From Callorhinchus milii (taxonomy: Eukaryota): 64,000 bases of DNA. Shown here piece by piece: positions 52,241 to 64,000 of the stretch. The notes under the pieces were generated by a model. That model made no database searches. It saw only the letters and a program-made list of their open reading frames with translations, and was not told the origin of the DNA. Numbering within the stretch: position 1 is the first letter of the stretch; every line of letters starts with the position of its first letter. The DNA is taken from NCBI RefSeq assembly GCF_018977255.1, contig NW_024704742.1, positions 68,946,001 to 69,010,000 of the forward strand, written 5' to 3'. A program made the position numbers and the translations under genes.

Positions 52241-53799
52241 ACATAATAATCCTTGCACTTCATACAGCATCTTTCATGTCAGCAGGGCGTCTCAAGCTGC
52301 TTCACAGAATTTACTGTGAAGTGTAGTGACTGTATATTCTAGACGTGATTCCATAATGTCTGTTTGCAGGATTTTGCCATCACTACTCTCAACAATAAAA
52401 TTCTGTGAAGTGCTTTGAGAAGTGATAACGCCCTCTATCGAATGCAAGGATTATGATGATGATGATGTATTTTTTCACGCATTAACAATTCTTCCTCTCA
52501 TTTCTCTCCACTGAAGCTCTCTCCAAAAGGCTTTGTCGGGTTGTTGGCATGTGGTGATACAGCACCTGTCCCTCTGGGTGTCACCGCTCACTGCAAGGAC
52601 CAGGCGGTTTGCATTTGGTTGAGAATATTGACCGCTCCGGAGATTGTCTCTGAGGGGAACGGATTTCCCTGCGGTTTGAGACTCTGCTTGTGTCACTTTG
52701 CGCTGCTTATCATTTCGCACAGCTCAGTGAGCAAATTGAAAGAGACTGTGACAGCAATTCCCTGAGATTCATTTCCTCTGTCTCAATATCCCCCGGGGTT
52801 GGAGGGGAAGTGGGGGAAGGAAGGCAAGCGGGGGATATCCTTCAACCCAAACAACCCATTCGCTCCCTCTGCTCAGAAGCCTGATCTGTGTTCCCTCGAA
52901 TACTTATTATTAATTTGATTTAATAATAATTAGCAAGAATAATTAATGATTAGTACTAATAATTAATAATTGAATAATAATGGTTAATTGATAATAATTC
53001 CATGTGTAGTTACTGTGTGTATACATATAATATGTGTAGTTACAGTGACTGGTCTGCAACAATTAATAATAATTCTTGCATTTGCTATAGCGTCTTATCA
53101 CATCTTCGAGATGTCTCATAGCGCTTCACGGAATATACTGTCAAGTGAATTGATTGTGTATTTTGTGGGCGAAACTTGGCTTTCTAAGGAGATGTTAAAC
53201 CAAGGTCCCATCTGCCTGTTCAGGTGGATGTTAAAGATGGAATGGTGCTATTCAAAAAGAGGAGGGAGCTTCTCACTCCAGGTGTCCTGGCCAAACAATA
53301 CACCAATTAGAATTAGTCATTCACTCCATGGCTCTTTGTGTGACATTGCTGTGCGCAAACTGCCAAAATACACAGACAAAACCATTTTATAGTAGATGTC
53401 TCGACGACGTGATAAGGCACTATATCAAATGTAAGAATTATTATTATTATTTATATAGTGCCTTTCATGACGGAAGGACATCCAAAAATGATTGACTGCT
53501 GGTAGACAGTGGAGCCGGGAGTAAGACCCCAGAGTGGCGGCGGTGGAGGATAGAGAGGAGAGGGGATATAGATGAATGAAAGCACGGTGAAAGCGACGGA
53601 CCTTGAACAACGTTAGGTAGGGAGCAAGTCGGAGGGAATGTTAAGCACTTTGAGATGTCCTCCCGATGCAGTCAGCTGGAAAGCGCTGTTGGATTGACGC
53701 ACTTCACGTGTTAGCAAATAAAAGGACCACATTGACAAACAGCGCAAAAAAAAGACTTAAAAAAAGTCAAAAGGAATTCTAAACATATTAAAAGTACAT

Positions 53800-54420
53800 T
53801 TGCCATACTCTTTGGCTCCCGCCGACGTCTTCTGTCCCACGGTTCCGACCTCGTCAACCTACCTGACCTGTCCTTAAAACTCTCTGAACCCATGCATAAC
53901 TTAGACGTCAGGTTCGATCCCCAATTATCCTTCCTCCCCCACATACGGTCGGTAACTAGTATCACTTTCTTCCACCTCCGCCACATTGCCCGTCTTTGAC
54001 AATACCTCATTCCACAAGCTGCTGAAACCCTTGTCCACACTTTTGTCTCCTCTCAGCTGGACTACTCTAACACCCTCCTCGCTGGTCTTACCTCCTCTCC
54101 TATTCACCAAATTCAGTTCATTCAAAACTCCACCGTCCCCATTCTTACCCGCACTAAACTCCACATCCCGATTACCCCAGCCCTTGCCAAACTCCACTGG
54201 CTCCCGGTCACAGAGTGGATCGACTTCAAGATCCTCACTCTAGTGTTCAAATCCCTCCATTTCTTGGCACCCCCCTATCTCTCTAACCTCCTCTTTCCCC
54301 ACAGCAGTACCCGCTGCTTCCACTCTACTGGGTCCGGCCTCCTCCGTGTCCTCTGAATCCTCCGCTCCACCATCGCCGCCTGGCATGGAGGGCGCTATAT
54401 AAATGCAAGTTGTTGTTGTA
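53800..54420 (+). mobile_element. L2 LINE 3' fragment with internal deletion
   Basis: Colinear with 14620-15190, then jumps to the terminus GAGGGCGCTATATAAATGCAAG(TTG)n. Confidence 0.85.
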
Positions 54421-57069
54421 AAAGTAATTGTCAGTCACAACAGCCTTGAAGCGAGCAGATGCTATTAGGGTCCATGAATGTCACTCATCTGTAACGGCCT
54501 GATGGATCTCTCCGCAGTCCCACTGGTATTAGCTGGAAGTAGAACACCTCACAATGAAAGCTGGAGAAAAGGTGCAAATGTGTAATTCACATCTGACTGG
54601 TAATATAATTTAATATAGTTTAATAAGACAGCTTTGCTGGCAGTCAAAGAGGGGCCTGCTGCAGAGAGAGCGCAGCTTAATTGCAAACTTTGAAGGGAGA
54701 CTGTCTGTAACATATTCCCTCCTCATGCATATTGATATAATTACTTATTCAACTTCAAGTAAGGTGACAATTTGTGTATTAAGTGCAATTTTCTTTTTGT
54801 TAAAGCAAGGTTCAATTTGCCAAACATCTGTCTGGGTTATAGATGTCAGAGGATGAAAGACTTAGGCTTCTTTACTATTTCCTTCCCTTCACCCCCATCC
54901 CTCATGTCAACCACCCCTCCACCCCCACCACCCCACACACCCTCATATATACACGGACACACACATATGCACATCATATACAAATATTATTTGTGAGGTC
55001 AGGGTATTAAGGGATACGGGGCAAGAACGGATAATTAGACTTCAGGTACAGATCAGCCATGATTTAATAGAATGGCGGAACAGGCTCAAGGGACTGAATG
55101 ACCTACTCCTATTTCTATGTTTTGATGACACACAAAATATAGAGGCAAATTGGCTGCCATGTTTCGCCGACAAAATACACAGTCAATTCACTTTGCAGTA
55201 TATTCTGTGAAGCGCATTGAGACATCTTAACAACATGATAAGGTGCTACATCAAATGCAAGGATTATTATTATTTGATCTCATTCCTTCCTGATGTTCCC
55301 CCCATCACAGCATCAGACTGCTTCATCACAATCTTTCCTGGCAACCTGTTCCAGTCATTAGTTACCCTCTGAATAAAGAAAAACTTCCTGGTGTCTGTCC
55401 TGAAAGTGCCCCTTTACAACTCTAAACCTGTATCCTCTTGTTCTGCTGCCTTGTTGCACCAGTCTTCTTCCTCCAAACCTTTCTTCAGATCGAGTGTTCA
55501 AGATGTTGTGAAGCGTTTCAAGACATTTCTATGCGAGAGTTATAATTACTATAATCAGAGAATCAGGGGGCATTTTTCGTCACACTGGGAAAATATAATG
55601 CAGTTTAACTCGATCTAAAGTGGCCTTAATAACTCCACAATGTTAGTCAGCAATGACAATTCACATCTGGTGTGAGGAAAAAAGGTGCAAAAACAACAAA
55701 TAAAAACATTTTCAAAGATTTTGTCAATTCTGTCAGGCAGGGACTGATGCAGCCCTGTTCAATGTGTAAAAATGCTATTATTACAAATTTGCAGGGTACT
55801 CTGTGAAGCACTTTGAGACATCTGAAAGATGTGATAAGGCGTTATATCAAATACAAGGAATATTATTTTTATTATTATTATTACTCTTGCTGTCTCATTT
55901 TCTCTCGCTCTCCCTGACCCACATAATTAGAAGTCAGTAGCTCAGGTTCAATATTCGGTCAGTTGCCGTGACAGAAGCTCATTTAAATGAGTATCAGTCA
56001 ATAAACCTGTTTATTGCAATGAAGCTTCCCAGCTCAGGACACACAAAATCTGGCAGCACTGTGACCATCAGCAATGATCTAACAAACTCTGCCCATTAAA
56101 GATGACACAAGGGCAGGCTGATCCACGCTTAAATTATAGAGTAGGAACTCATACGTTTAATTTCATGCCAGGCAATCTACCCAAACGCATAATAAAAAAG
56201 GCGAGAGTTTATTATCAGCAGAGCAATTTGAATTACTTATTCAAGCCACTAGCCAACCAATTTAACTTTTTTTTAAAAAGTATTGCTTGACACAAATTTT
56301 TAATTGACAATGTATATTTTGTGGGCAAATTGCAGCAGCCAATTGCGCACAGTAGTGTTCCACACCCAGTCGTGGATCGAGCAACCAAATAGTTTTGGGA
56401 GGATTATCCCCGGAAAGCAAACTGCCAATCGACTAACAATTGGGTAAGGAAACTTGCCTAAGGTTTCGGGAAACAAACCCGGGTCCTCTTGCTTGCGAGG
56501 CGAGCACGCTGAAGGACTCCAAATATTGAGCCTGAGCTACTGCTAGGCATTTCCAATTGTGTAAGATAGGGCGAGAGAAAGTGAGAGTAAGCAAAAGAGA
56601 TAGAGAGAGAAAGTGTTGTGAGAAAGAGCGCATGAGTGTGTGTGAGAGAGAGAGAGAGAGAAAGAGAAGCTCCTCTCTGCCTAAGGAACTACATGTTTAG
56701 TCACACCATTATTAAGATGAAAAGCTTTTGGAATTTGAGGTTATCTGTTCTGGGGATGTTTCAAAGATGAAAGCGATACAATTGTCCTTTCAGTTATATA
56801 TTTGTTCTGCCTAAAGCAAATGTTAGGTCAAAGACACCAGCCAGTATCGATCGCCCATGATCTGGAGGCTGGAGTGAAGGTGCATATTATTGCATGTCGA
56901 GAGTCTAATTTGTGATATTTCTTCCTCAGTAAGAATTCCTGTTAGAATCCCCATCAATCCAAACCAAGACCCAGGTGCCAATGGGCTCATGTGCCTCTGG
57001 GCACAGGACATCCCATAATCTCACGACACACTGGGTAAAGATCACATAAAATCACAAGATTGATTCAGA

Positions 57070-58583
57070 TTTACTTTTTGAAAATAATTATTTATTTATA
57101 AATATAATATCGGTACAACAAAACCCCAAACAAAACACAACATGCAACATCTTCTGTTACAATATTTCCCTTTTTCCCGATACAAAAACATTCCGTTGTT
57201 TACGGTACGTTTCTTCGCCACACACGGGTTGTGCACACGTCTTTTGGGACGCTTCCTTAACGTAGTCGGGAGTCTTCCCTGAGTGCATCACATCCATGTG
57301 CGCACCCGCACATACCCTGATAAGGTGCACTTGCCGCTTTCAGAAGCCGTCCCGATGTGCACCGTACGTGCACATGTTTACCGTATGTACATTTTCGGGA
57401 TGCTCTTTGGTTACATCTCAAGGGTCCTTCTGTACTCTTACATTTATGTCAGTCAGTTTTGGGAGCGTTCGTGGGCTACCCAGTGGGTGCGCCCTGTGCG
57501 GTTTGTGCCGGAGTGACTCCTGCCGGGGTCAGGACGGGGCACTCCGGAGCATCTAGTTATAGTGAGGAAGAAACTGGTGATGTGGTGCCAGCGTTCACTG
57601 TCCATCACCGAGAGGAACCTGGTGATAAAGTGTGAGGCCTTCTCGATGTTAATGTACGTGGCCTAGGTCTGGCCTTTGACTTGGAACAACATCACTGCAG
57701 TCACCAGGGAGGTCTTCCACTTGATCTGGGGGTCCAAGATGGATCGTGACCATAGAGACATGATGCACAAAACCCCAGAAAAGTGGGGGAAAGAGGTCCC
57801 CAACGTAGCCCTGATCCTTATGGCCACCTTGGTGTGTAGCTGCCTGAGGCTGTGCGTGAAGCCCTGCTCCACCGGCAACAAATGCCACTACCTGCTGGGC
57901 TTCTACCTGTACCCGGTGCTAAGAATCGTGGGTCTGGCAGAACTGCCTTGAAACGTTCCTCACAGTTGGAGCTGAAACACCTATCCTATGTTGAGAAATT
58001 CCTGAAGAACAACATCTCAGACCCCCACGTAATAACCGAGTGGTCCACGCGGCAGGTTGTCGAAACAGTTTGAAAGGGGGAGAGGGCAGACCCAGTCAGG
58101 AGGTACCCTGCGGCGACAGCCAGCTACGTCTGGCAAAACATCTCGTCACCGTCCTGACCAACAACCATCAGGACATGGCCTGGCTGCCGATAAAAGAGTC
58201 TCTCCCCCTCAGGGCTTTCATGTACGGTCAAGGTCTGGGCCAGTCGGCACGTTGCCCTCGGGCCGGCTGCAGAGGCCAGGAGACTGTGGACCACCTCTTC
58301 CTGGAGTGTTGTTCCGCAAAGGTGGTTTGGAAAAGATGGAATGGATTCTCTCACGGTTCGTCCCTGGGGACCTGCTGTCACGGCTCTTGGGGCTGTACGG
58401 CCTGTTCCCGGGCGCTCACAGCAAAACCCACATCGAGTGCCTGGAGGATCATAAACTCGGTAGGAGGCCCTTTGCCACTCCCGAAACCAGGTGTTCTTCG
58501 AGCAGAACGAGGGGATGGTGAGGGCCTGCCACAGGATCAGGGACTATATACTGAGGGACAAGCTGAACTCGGCTCAACCACGG
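57070..58583 (-). mobile_element. Tx1-type LINE, 5'-truncated with 5' inversion (ORF2 part on + at 57562-58583; putative 3' UTR on - at 57070-57560)
   Basis: RKKLVMWCQRSLSITERNLVIKCE, FHLIWGSKMDR, VPNVALILMAT, YVEKFL, CPRAGCRGQETVDHLFLEC (CCHC zinc-knuckle type); AT-rich tail on - strand; perfect TSD CACAAGATTGATTCAGA at 57053-57069 and 58584-58600. Confidence 0.85.
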
Positions 58584-60149
58584 CACAAGATTGATTCAGA
58601 AGAAGGCCCTTCGGTCCATCTGATCCCATCCTTCCAGAACACCTGCCCTCCGGTCCTCCCATCACAGCAACAAGCTGATTTTTTTAAATGAATCGCAATT
58701 TTCTAACTATTCCCCTAGCTTGTCTCATCTTTGCTCACAAATCATTCCAGAAATATTTTCTGATATTACATCTACTAGTTTAACTCTCATTTTAAGATAA
58801 CCGCTGTTTGGGATCACTGTATCAACAACAATAGCAGCAACTTATACCTATACAGTGTCCTTTGTGCAGAATAGGGATCTGTCAATGCAATTAAGTGTTT
58901 CAGCCTCACAAAGTACTCTTCGATTGTGTTTTTGGCCACCTACCCTCGGCCCTCCCCCCCCTCCCCACACTCCCCTCCACACACACACACACACACACCC
59001 CTCAGGCTCCCAGTCAGTGCTCTGAGATGTTGTCCCATCTGTATCAATATATCAATGTAACCCACTGTCGCTGGCAGGGGAAAACTCTATGGAAAGGTTT
59101 GCTCCGAGAGATCAGTCAAGGTGGCTGAAAAGTGGGTTTGAATTTAATTTCATAGTGTTTTGTATAGTTTAATAGTGTTTGTAACAGAGGGCAAGGGGGG
59201 TGGGTGAGGGAGAGGGACGAGGGATCACCATCAGGAAGTTGGAACTAATCGATCAACTCAGATCTAGACTGAATGAGATTGTCACTAGAACCTAATTAGC
59301 TGCCATTGCATCCGACTGCCTTAAACGGCTTCACACTGCTAGGGACTGGTTAGATACTCACATGTGTCAGAGGTACGCAAGTCACAAGTTGAGTCTGGAT
59401 GAAGAAGACCCTTCGGCCCATCCAATCTCCTCCTCTAGATCACCCACCCTACCCTCCCCGCATCACAACATTCAGCTGATTTTTAAATGTCCTGGCCTCA
59501 GCCACCCTGCCTGGCAACCGAGTTCCAGTCGTTGATCACCCTCTGTGTGAATAAAAACTTCCTGGTGTCTGTCCTGAAATTGTCCTACTGTCTTGATACT
59601 CTGTAAAGTATTGATCTGTGTTTACTTTTTCAATCCAATTTTATGCAAATGTAATTTTGTTGTCGTCGTAACGTCCTCCTGAACAGGAACAGATGGGATC
59701 TCAGTTTAGCATCTCATCTGAAGGACGGCACTTCCAATAATGCAGCGCACCACCAGCTCATAGTCAGAACATTTCAGAGTTTTCTTGTGTAAAGTGGAGG
59801 CACTATGTATTTTGTAGGCAAAGGCAGTATCCAATTTTGTCCCGCAGACAGCCATAAAGTGAATGACCAATTTTATCTGGGGTTTGTCAACCAGGACATA
59901 GAAAGAATCTCCCTTCATTGAAGAGTGGAGCTGCCTTAATGTGTTTCATTGCCTTCTGTTGAGTTAATCATATTAGTAATTGGGAGCAGAGTGCTGATAA
60001 TTCCTAGGCAAAACAATTTACAATTGATAGCAGTGAGTTCCTCAGACCTCCTGTGTTAGCTGGTCTATTTCCAGATCATAGGAAACCTGCTGTTGGCTAA
60101 ATCCAACACTTTAGTTTGCTGCCCACAGTCCAATCTACTGCCGCATTAA

Positions 60150-60570
60150 TTATCCTTGCATTTGGTGCAACATCTTATCACATCGTTGAGATGTCTCAGA
60201 GAGCTTCACAGGATTTGCTGTACGACTGCATGTTTGTAGGCAAACGCGGCAGCCAATTTGCACACAGCAATGACCCACACACAGCTACAAAGTAGTAAGT
60301 TTTTTCTGGGAGGGATTGTTGACCAGGACACGAGAGAAAGAGAAACTCCCTTCTCTTTTTGAATAGTGCTGGTGGGATGTTTAACATCCACGTGAACAGG
60401 CAGCTTCTATTTTAACATCTCATCCGAAGGAAAGCAGCTCCGACAATGTAGCACCCCCCACCACCTCCCCCCAGCACTCTAATGGAGCGTGCGCCTGGAC
60501 TGTGAGAGTTTAAAGTGCCAACGTGGGAGCTTGAACCCACAACCTCCTGACTCCCAGCCAGGGTGCTAAA
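60150..60570 (-). mobile_element. DeuSINE family B
   Basis: Reverse-complement match. Confidence 0.75.
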
Positions 60571-62429
60571 TAAGCCAGTCTGGCCGGCGAGCTGAACGGA
60601 GCTAAATCTGTCCCTAAAAGGCAAACCTATTAAATTGTTTAATATTAGAATTATTCATATTTTTTATAATTTATTATTATTTTATTTTTTATTAATTTAT
60701 TAATACTAATAAGTAATCAGTATATTAATAAAGAGTGTTACTTTTTTGATATTGATATTATTTAATACTTAAAAAATATTGCATTGGATTTGAGGCACAG
60801 ATCAGCCATGATTTAATGAAATATTGGAACAGGCTCGAGGGGCTGAATGGCCTACTCCTGTTCCCATGTTTCTATATATAAACACGGAGAAGCGCAGGTA
60901 AGCGACTGCAAAGTGCTGGGGAAGCAAGCGCTGAGAAATTAGAAGCATAAACTCACAGTGAGAAAGAAACAAAATGTCAAGCATAAGTCAACAGAAGTCA
61001 GGTGCAAGCAGCAGGCAATATAAATCCGCTTCATTCGGCAAAGCACAGCGGGGAAGGAAATTATGAGAGGAAGATAAATGGAATAGCCGGGGGAAATTGG
61101 CAATGCAAATGCTCGTGGAAACCATCAATCTTACTTTGGGTCAGTTTATGGGTTTAGTCTTAGGTTTGCCCAATTTCAAATAAAACCAGTCAGCAAATGA
61201 TTGCATTAACATTCCGACATATAGGTGCAAGCCTTTATAGATGGTGGTGCCTAAATAATATCTATTTCACCCACAAAATACACAGTCAATTCATTTTGCA
61301 GTATATTCTATGAAGCACGTTGAGACATCTTGAAGACCTGATAAGGTGCTATATCAAATGCAAAGATTATTATTATTATTTACTCTGACAGCACTGGAGG
61401 TGACACAATAACCACCAGCTCTGAATAGCTTTTGCTACATGATAATAATAATCCTTGCATTTGATATAGTGCCTTATCACATCGTTGAGACGTCTCAAAG
61501 CGCTTCACATAATATACTAAAAAGTAGATTGACTGTATCTTTTGTAGGAGAAATGCAGCAGCCAATTGCGCACAGCAGTGTCCCACAAACAGTTGTGTGT
61601 TGAACGACCAAATTTTTTTTTGAAGGGATTATTACCCCCAGAAAAAGATTCGCCAATAATTCCCCCCCTCTGACTTCATCAACCACAAAACATACAGTCA
61701 ATTCACAGTATATTTTGTGAAGCGCTTTGAGACATCTTTATGACATGATAAGGCACTATTTCAAATGCAAGGATTACTATTATTATTATTATTATTATTA
61801 TTATTCCCACCAATATTTATTTCTCTTTTATGCACAGTGTCACAGGATTTCTAACAACCACCCAAACAATTAATCAGAGATGAGGTGGCCCCGATGAGCA
61901 GCTCACTGGACCGGGAGTGGGCAGGCTTTGACAACGAGTTGGTTTATCATCTTATTCAAAGGGCTCACGTCTGACAATGCAGCATTCTCCCCACCCCCCG
62001 CACTGCACTGGAGTGCCAGTTTAGACTCTGTAAATTCAGAGTCCCGACGTGAACCGTATGTCTCAAAGGCAAGTGAGACTGAGCCAGATTGACTCAGGCG
62101 GACTTTAAAGATTTTACAAAGGCTGTACAGCACAGAAACTGGTAACCTAACCGACCTAACCAGTCTATGCCTGTGTTTAACACTCCACAAAAGTCTTCAC
62201 CCTCTCCTTACTTCCTCCTACACCTGGCAAACAATTTGTGCACAGGAATGTCCCACAACAACAAGATCAACAACAACTTACATTTATATAGTCACTTCAC
62301 GCCAGACTGCATCTCAGAACACTTAAGCAGCCATGAAGCAAATGATCAGTTTTTATCTACTTACTTTATTTTACTTATCTATTTATTTTATTTGGGGAGA
62401 GGGTATTGTTGGCCAGGAAACCTCCCTTA

Positions 62430-62758
62430 ATAATAATAATAATAATAATAAATCTTGCATTTGATATAGCGCTTTTCACGTCGGGAGGACGTCCCAAAGC
62501 GCTTCACAGAACACACTGTAAAGTGAATTGACTGTATATTTGTGGGCGAACGCAGCAGCCAATTGCGCACCGCAATGTCCCACAAACAGTCGTAGATTGA
62601 AAATGATCAATTTATTATTGTTTTGGGTTTTGGAGGGATTATTATTAGGCTCTGTGTGGAGTAAGGAAACTTGCCCAAGGTTTCGCCCTCTGCCTGGAAT
62701 TGAACTCAGGTCTCTCATTTGCAAAGCGAGTGCTCTAACCACTGAGCTACAGGACTCC
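62430..62758 (-). mobile_element. SINE family A, young subfamily
   Basis: Near-identical to 16583-16890 and 22655-22966. Confidence 0.9.
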
Positions 62759-62839
62759 CTTCTCTTTTCGAATAGTGCCAGGAATCTTTAACGTCCACCT
62801 GAACAGGTAGACGGTACCTCAGTTTAACGTCTCATCAGA

Positions 62840-63240
62840 GGCTTGTGAAGGAAAGAGTTGGGAAGGCCGATGAGAAGGGAGTTTAAGTAATCGAGCCTTG
62901 AGGTGACGAATGCATGGGTGAGGGTTTCAGCAGCCTGAGGGGTGAGGCAGTGGTAGAGTCTGGCAATGTTGCGGAGGCAACATGGCATGGATATGGGGGA
63001 GAAAGGCCAGTTCAGGGTCAAACAAAACACCCAAGTTCCTGACTGGCTTAGTGAGGTTGAGTGTGCAGCCATAGAGGCTGATGCTGCCAGCGCCTGAGGT
63101 GCGGAGATGCTGGCGCGAGCCAATCAGGAGTGCCTCAGACTTGCTGACGTTGAGTTGGAGAAAGTCATCCCTGGTCCAGGACTTGATGTCGGACGGGCAG
63201 CTGGTCAGGACGCCAGCAGTCCTGGAGTTGAGGGTGGAGG
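62840..63240 (-). mobile_element. L2 LINE ORF2 fragment abutting the assembly gap
   Basis: [50 protein letters not shown]; colinear with 30190-30598. Confidence 0.88.
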
Positions 63241-63270
63241 NNNNNNNNNNNNNNNNNNNNNNNNNNNNNN
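63241..63270. other. Assembly gap (30 N)
   Basis: Direct reading. Confidence 1.
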
Positions 63271-63341
63271 ATACGATAAGAAGCACGAGGATTGCTATTA
63301 AAAATATGAACATTACTGGATTTGTGAGAACCCCGAGAGTG

Positions 63342-64000
63342 CGTACATTCGAACAGGCAACCACACAATCACTGCACTGGTGTCAGCCTAGACCAGGATG
63401 GTCCAACTTTTTGGCTACTGAAAGCTGGATACCAGATTTGAGAATGTCCCCGGGCCGCATTTGCAATATTTTTATCCTGATTTCCCAGACCCGTGGCCAG
63501 GCAGGGCCTGGGCCCCTGGTGACCGTCTCCTGATTGGTTCCAGCCCTGTGCATCTTTGTGTATTTGTTCGTCAGACAGTGAAGTTGGAAATGGGCCAGAT
63601 TAAATGATCCCCTGGGCCAGATGTGGCCCGCGGGCCGCCAGTTGGACCTCCCTGGCTTGGACTGCCAGCTCAAAGTCTCGACCTGGGGATTGAATCAACA
63701 ACCTTCAGAGGCGAGACTGCTGCCAACTGAGCCAGGCTGACAAGCCTGACATGGTGAGTTACCGTTCGCTGTGCCGCACTGTGGAAACCCTGTTCAGCCC
63801 TGTCCATTTCTCAGTTAAAAATATGAGCTTCCTACGAAACAGCACAGGATTAGCACCAATAATAATAATAATCCTTGTATTTGATATAGCGCCTTATCAC
63901 GTTGTTGAGACGCCTCAAAATGCTTCACAGAATATACTGTAAAGTGGAGTGACTGTACATTTTATAGGCGAAATACGGTAGCCAAATATAGCAAAGAATG
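63342..64000 (+). repeat. Direct duplication copy 2 (partner 48992-49649)
   Basis: See copy 1. Confidence 0.95.

Noticed and set aside
52905..53070. Very AT-rich tracts (also 60630-60780)
   Set aside because: Low-complexity (AAT)-like decay with no supportable function.
57180..57560. CpG-rich stretch as a promoter CpG island
   Set aside because: Lies within the TSD-bounded Tx1 insertion.

Overview
Eukaryotic (vertebrate) genomic DNA, roughly two-thirds interspersed repeats. The repeat set is two tRNA-headed Deu-type SINE families, L2 and CR1 LINE remnants, one Tx1-type LINE, hAT and Tc1/mariner-like MITEs, an unclassified repeat family and microsatellites. This combination suggests a cartilaginous fish (inference, not verified). 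No intact transposon ORF, no recognisable host gene, no true tRNA/rRNA and no CRISPR was found. Most ORF-track entries are repeat-derived or spurious. Non-routine observations: (1) a phase-compatible chain of six + strand exon candidates at 192/238-8651 that could encode an unrecognised ~140-aa protein or a spliced lncRNA; (2) a Tx1 element with a 5' inversion and a perfect 17-bp target-site duplication (TSD); (3) a ~590-bp inverted duplication 7.8 kb apart; (4) two different hAT MITEs inserted at the same position of a SINE; (5) a ~200-bp foldback MITE; (6) many repeat-free islands that look like conserved non-coding elements. I did not find convincing evidence of a wholly new biological system. 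Repeat boundaries were read by eye and are approximate (about +/-10-20 bp) unless a TSD is given; only representative SINE copies are listed.
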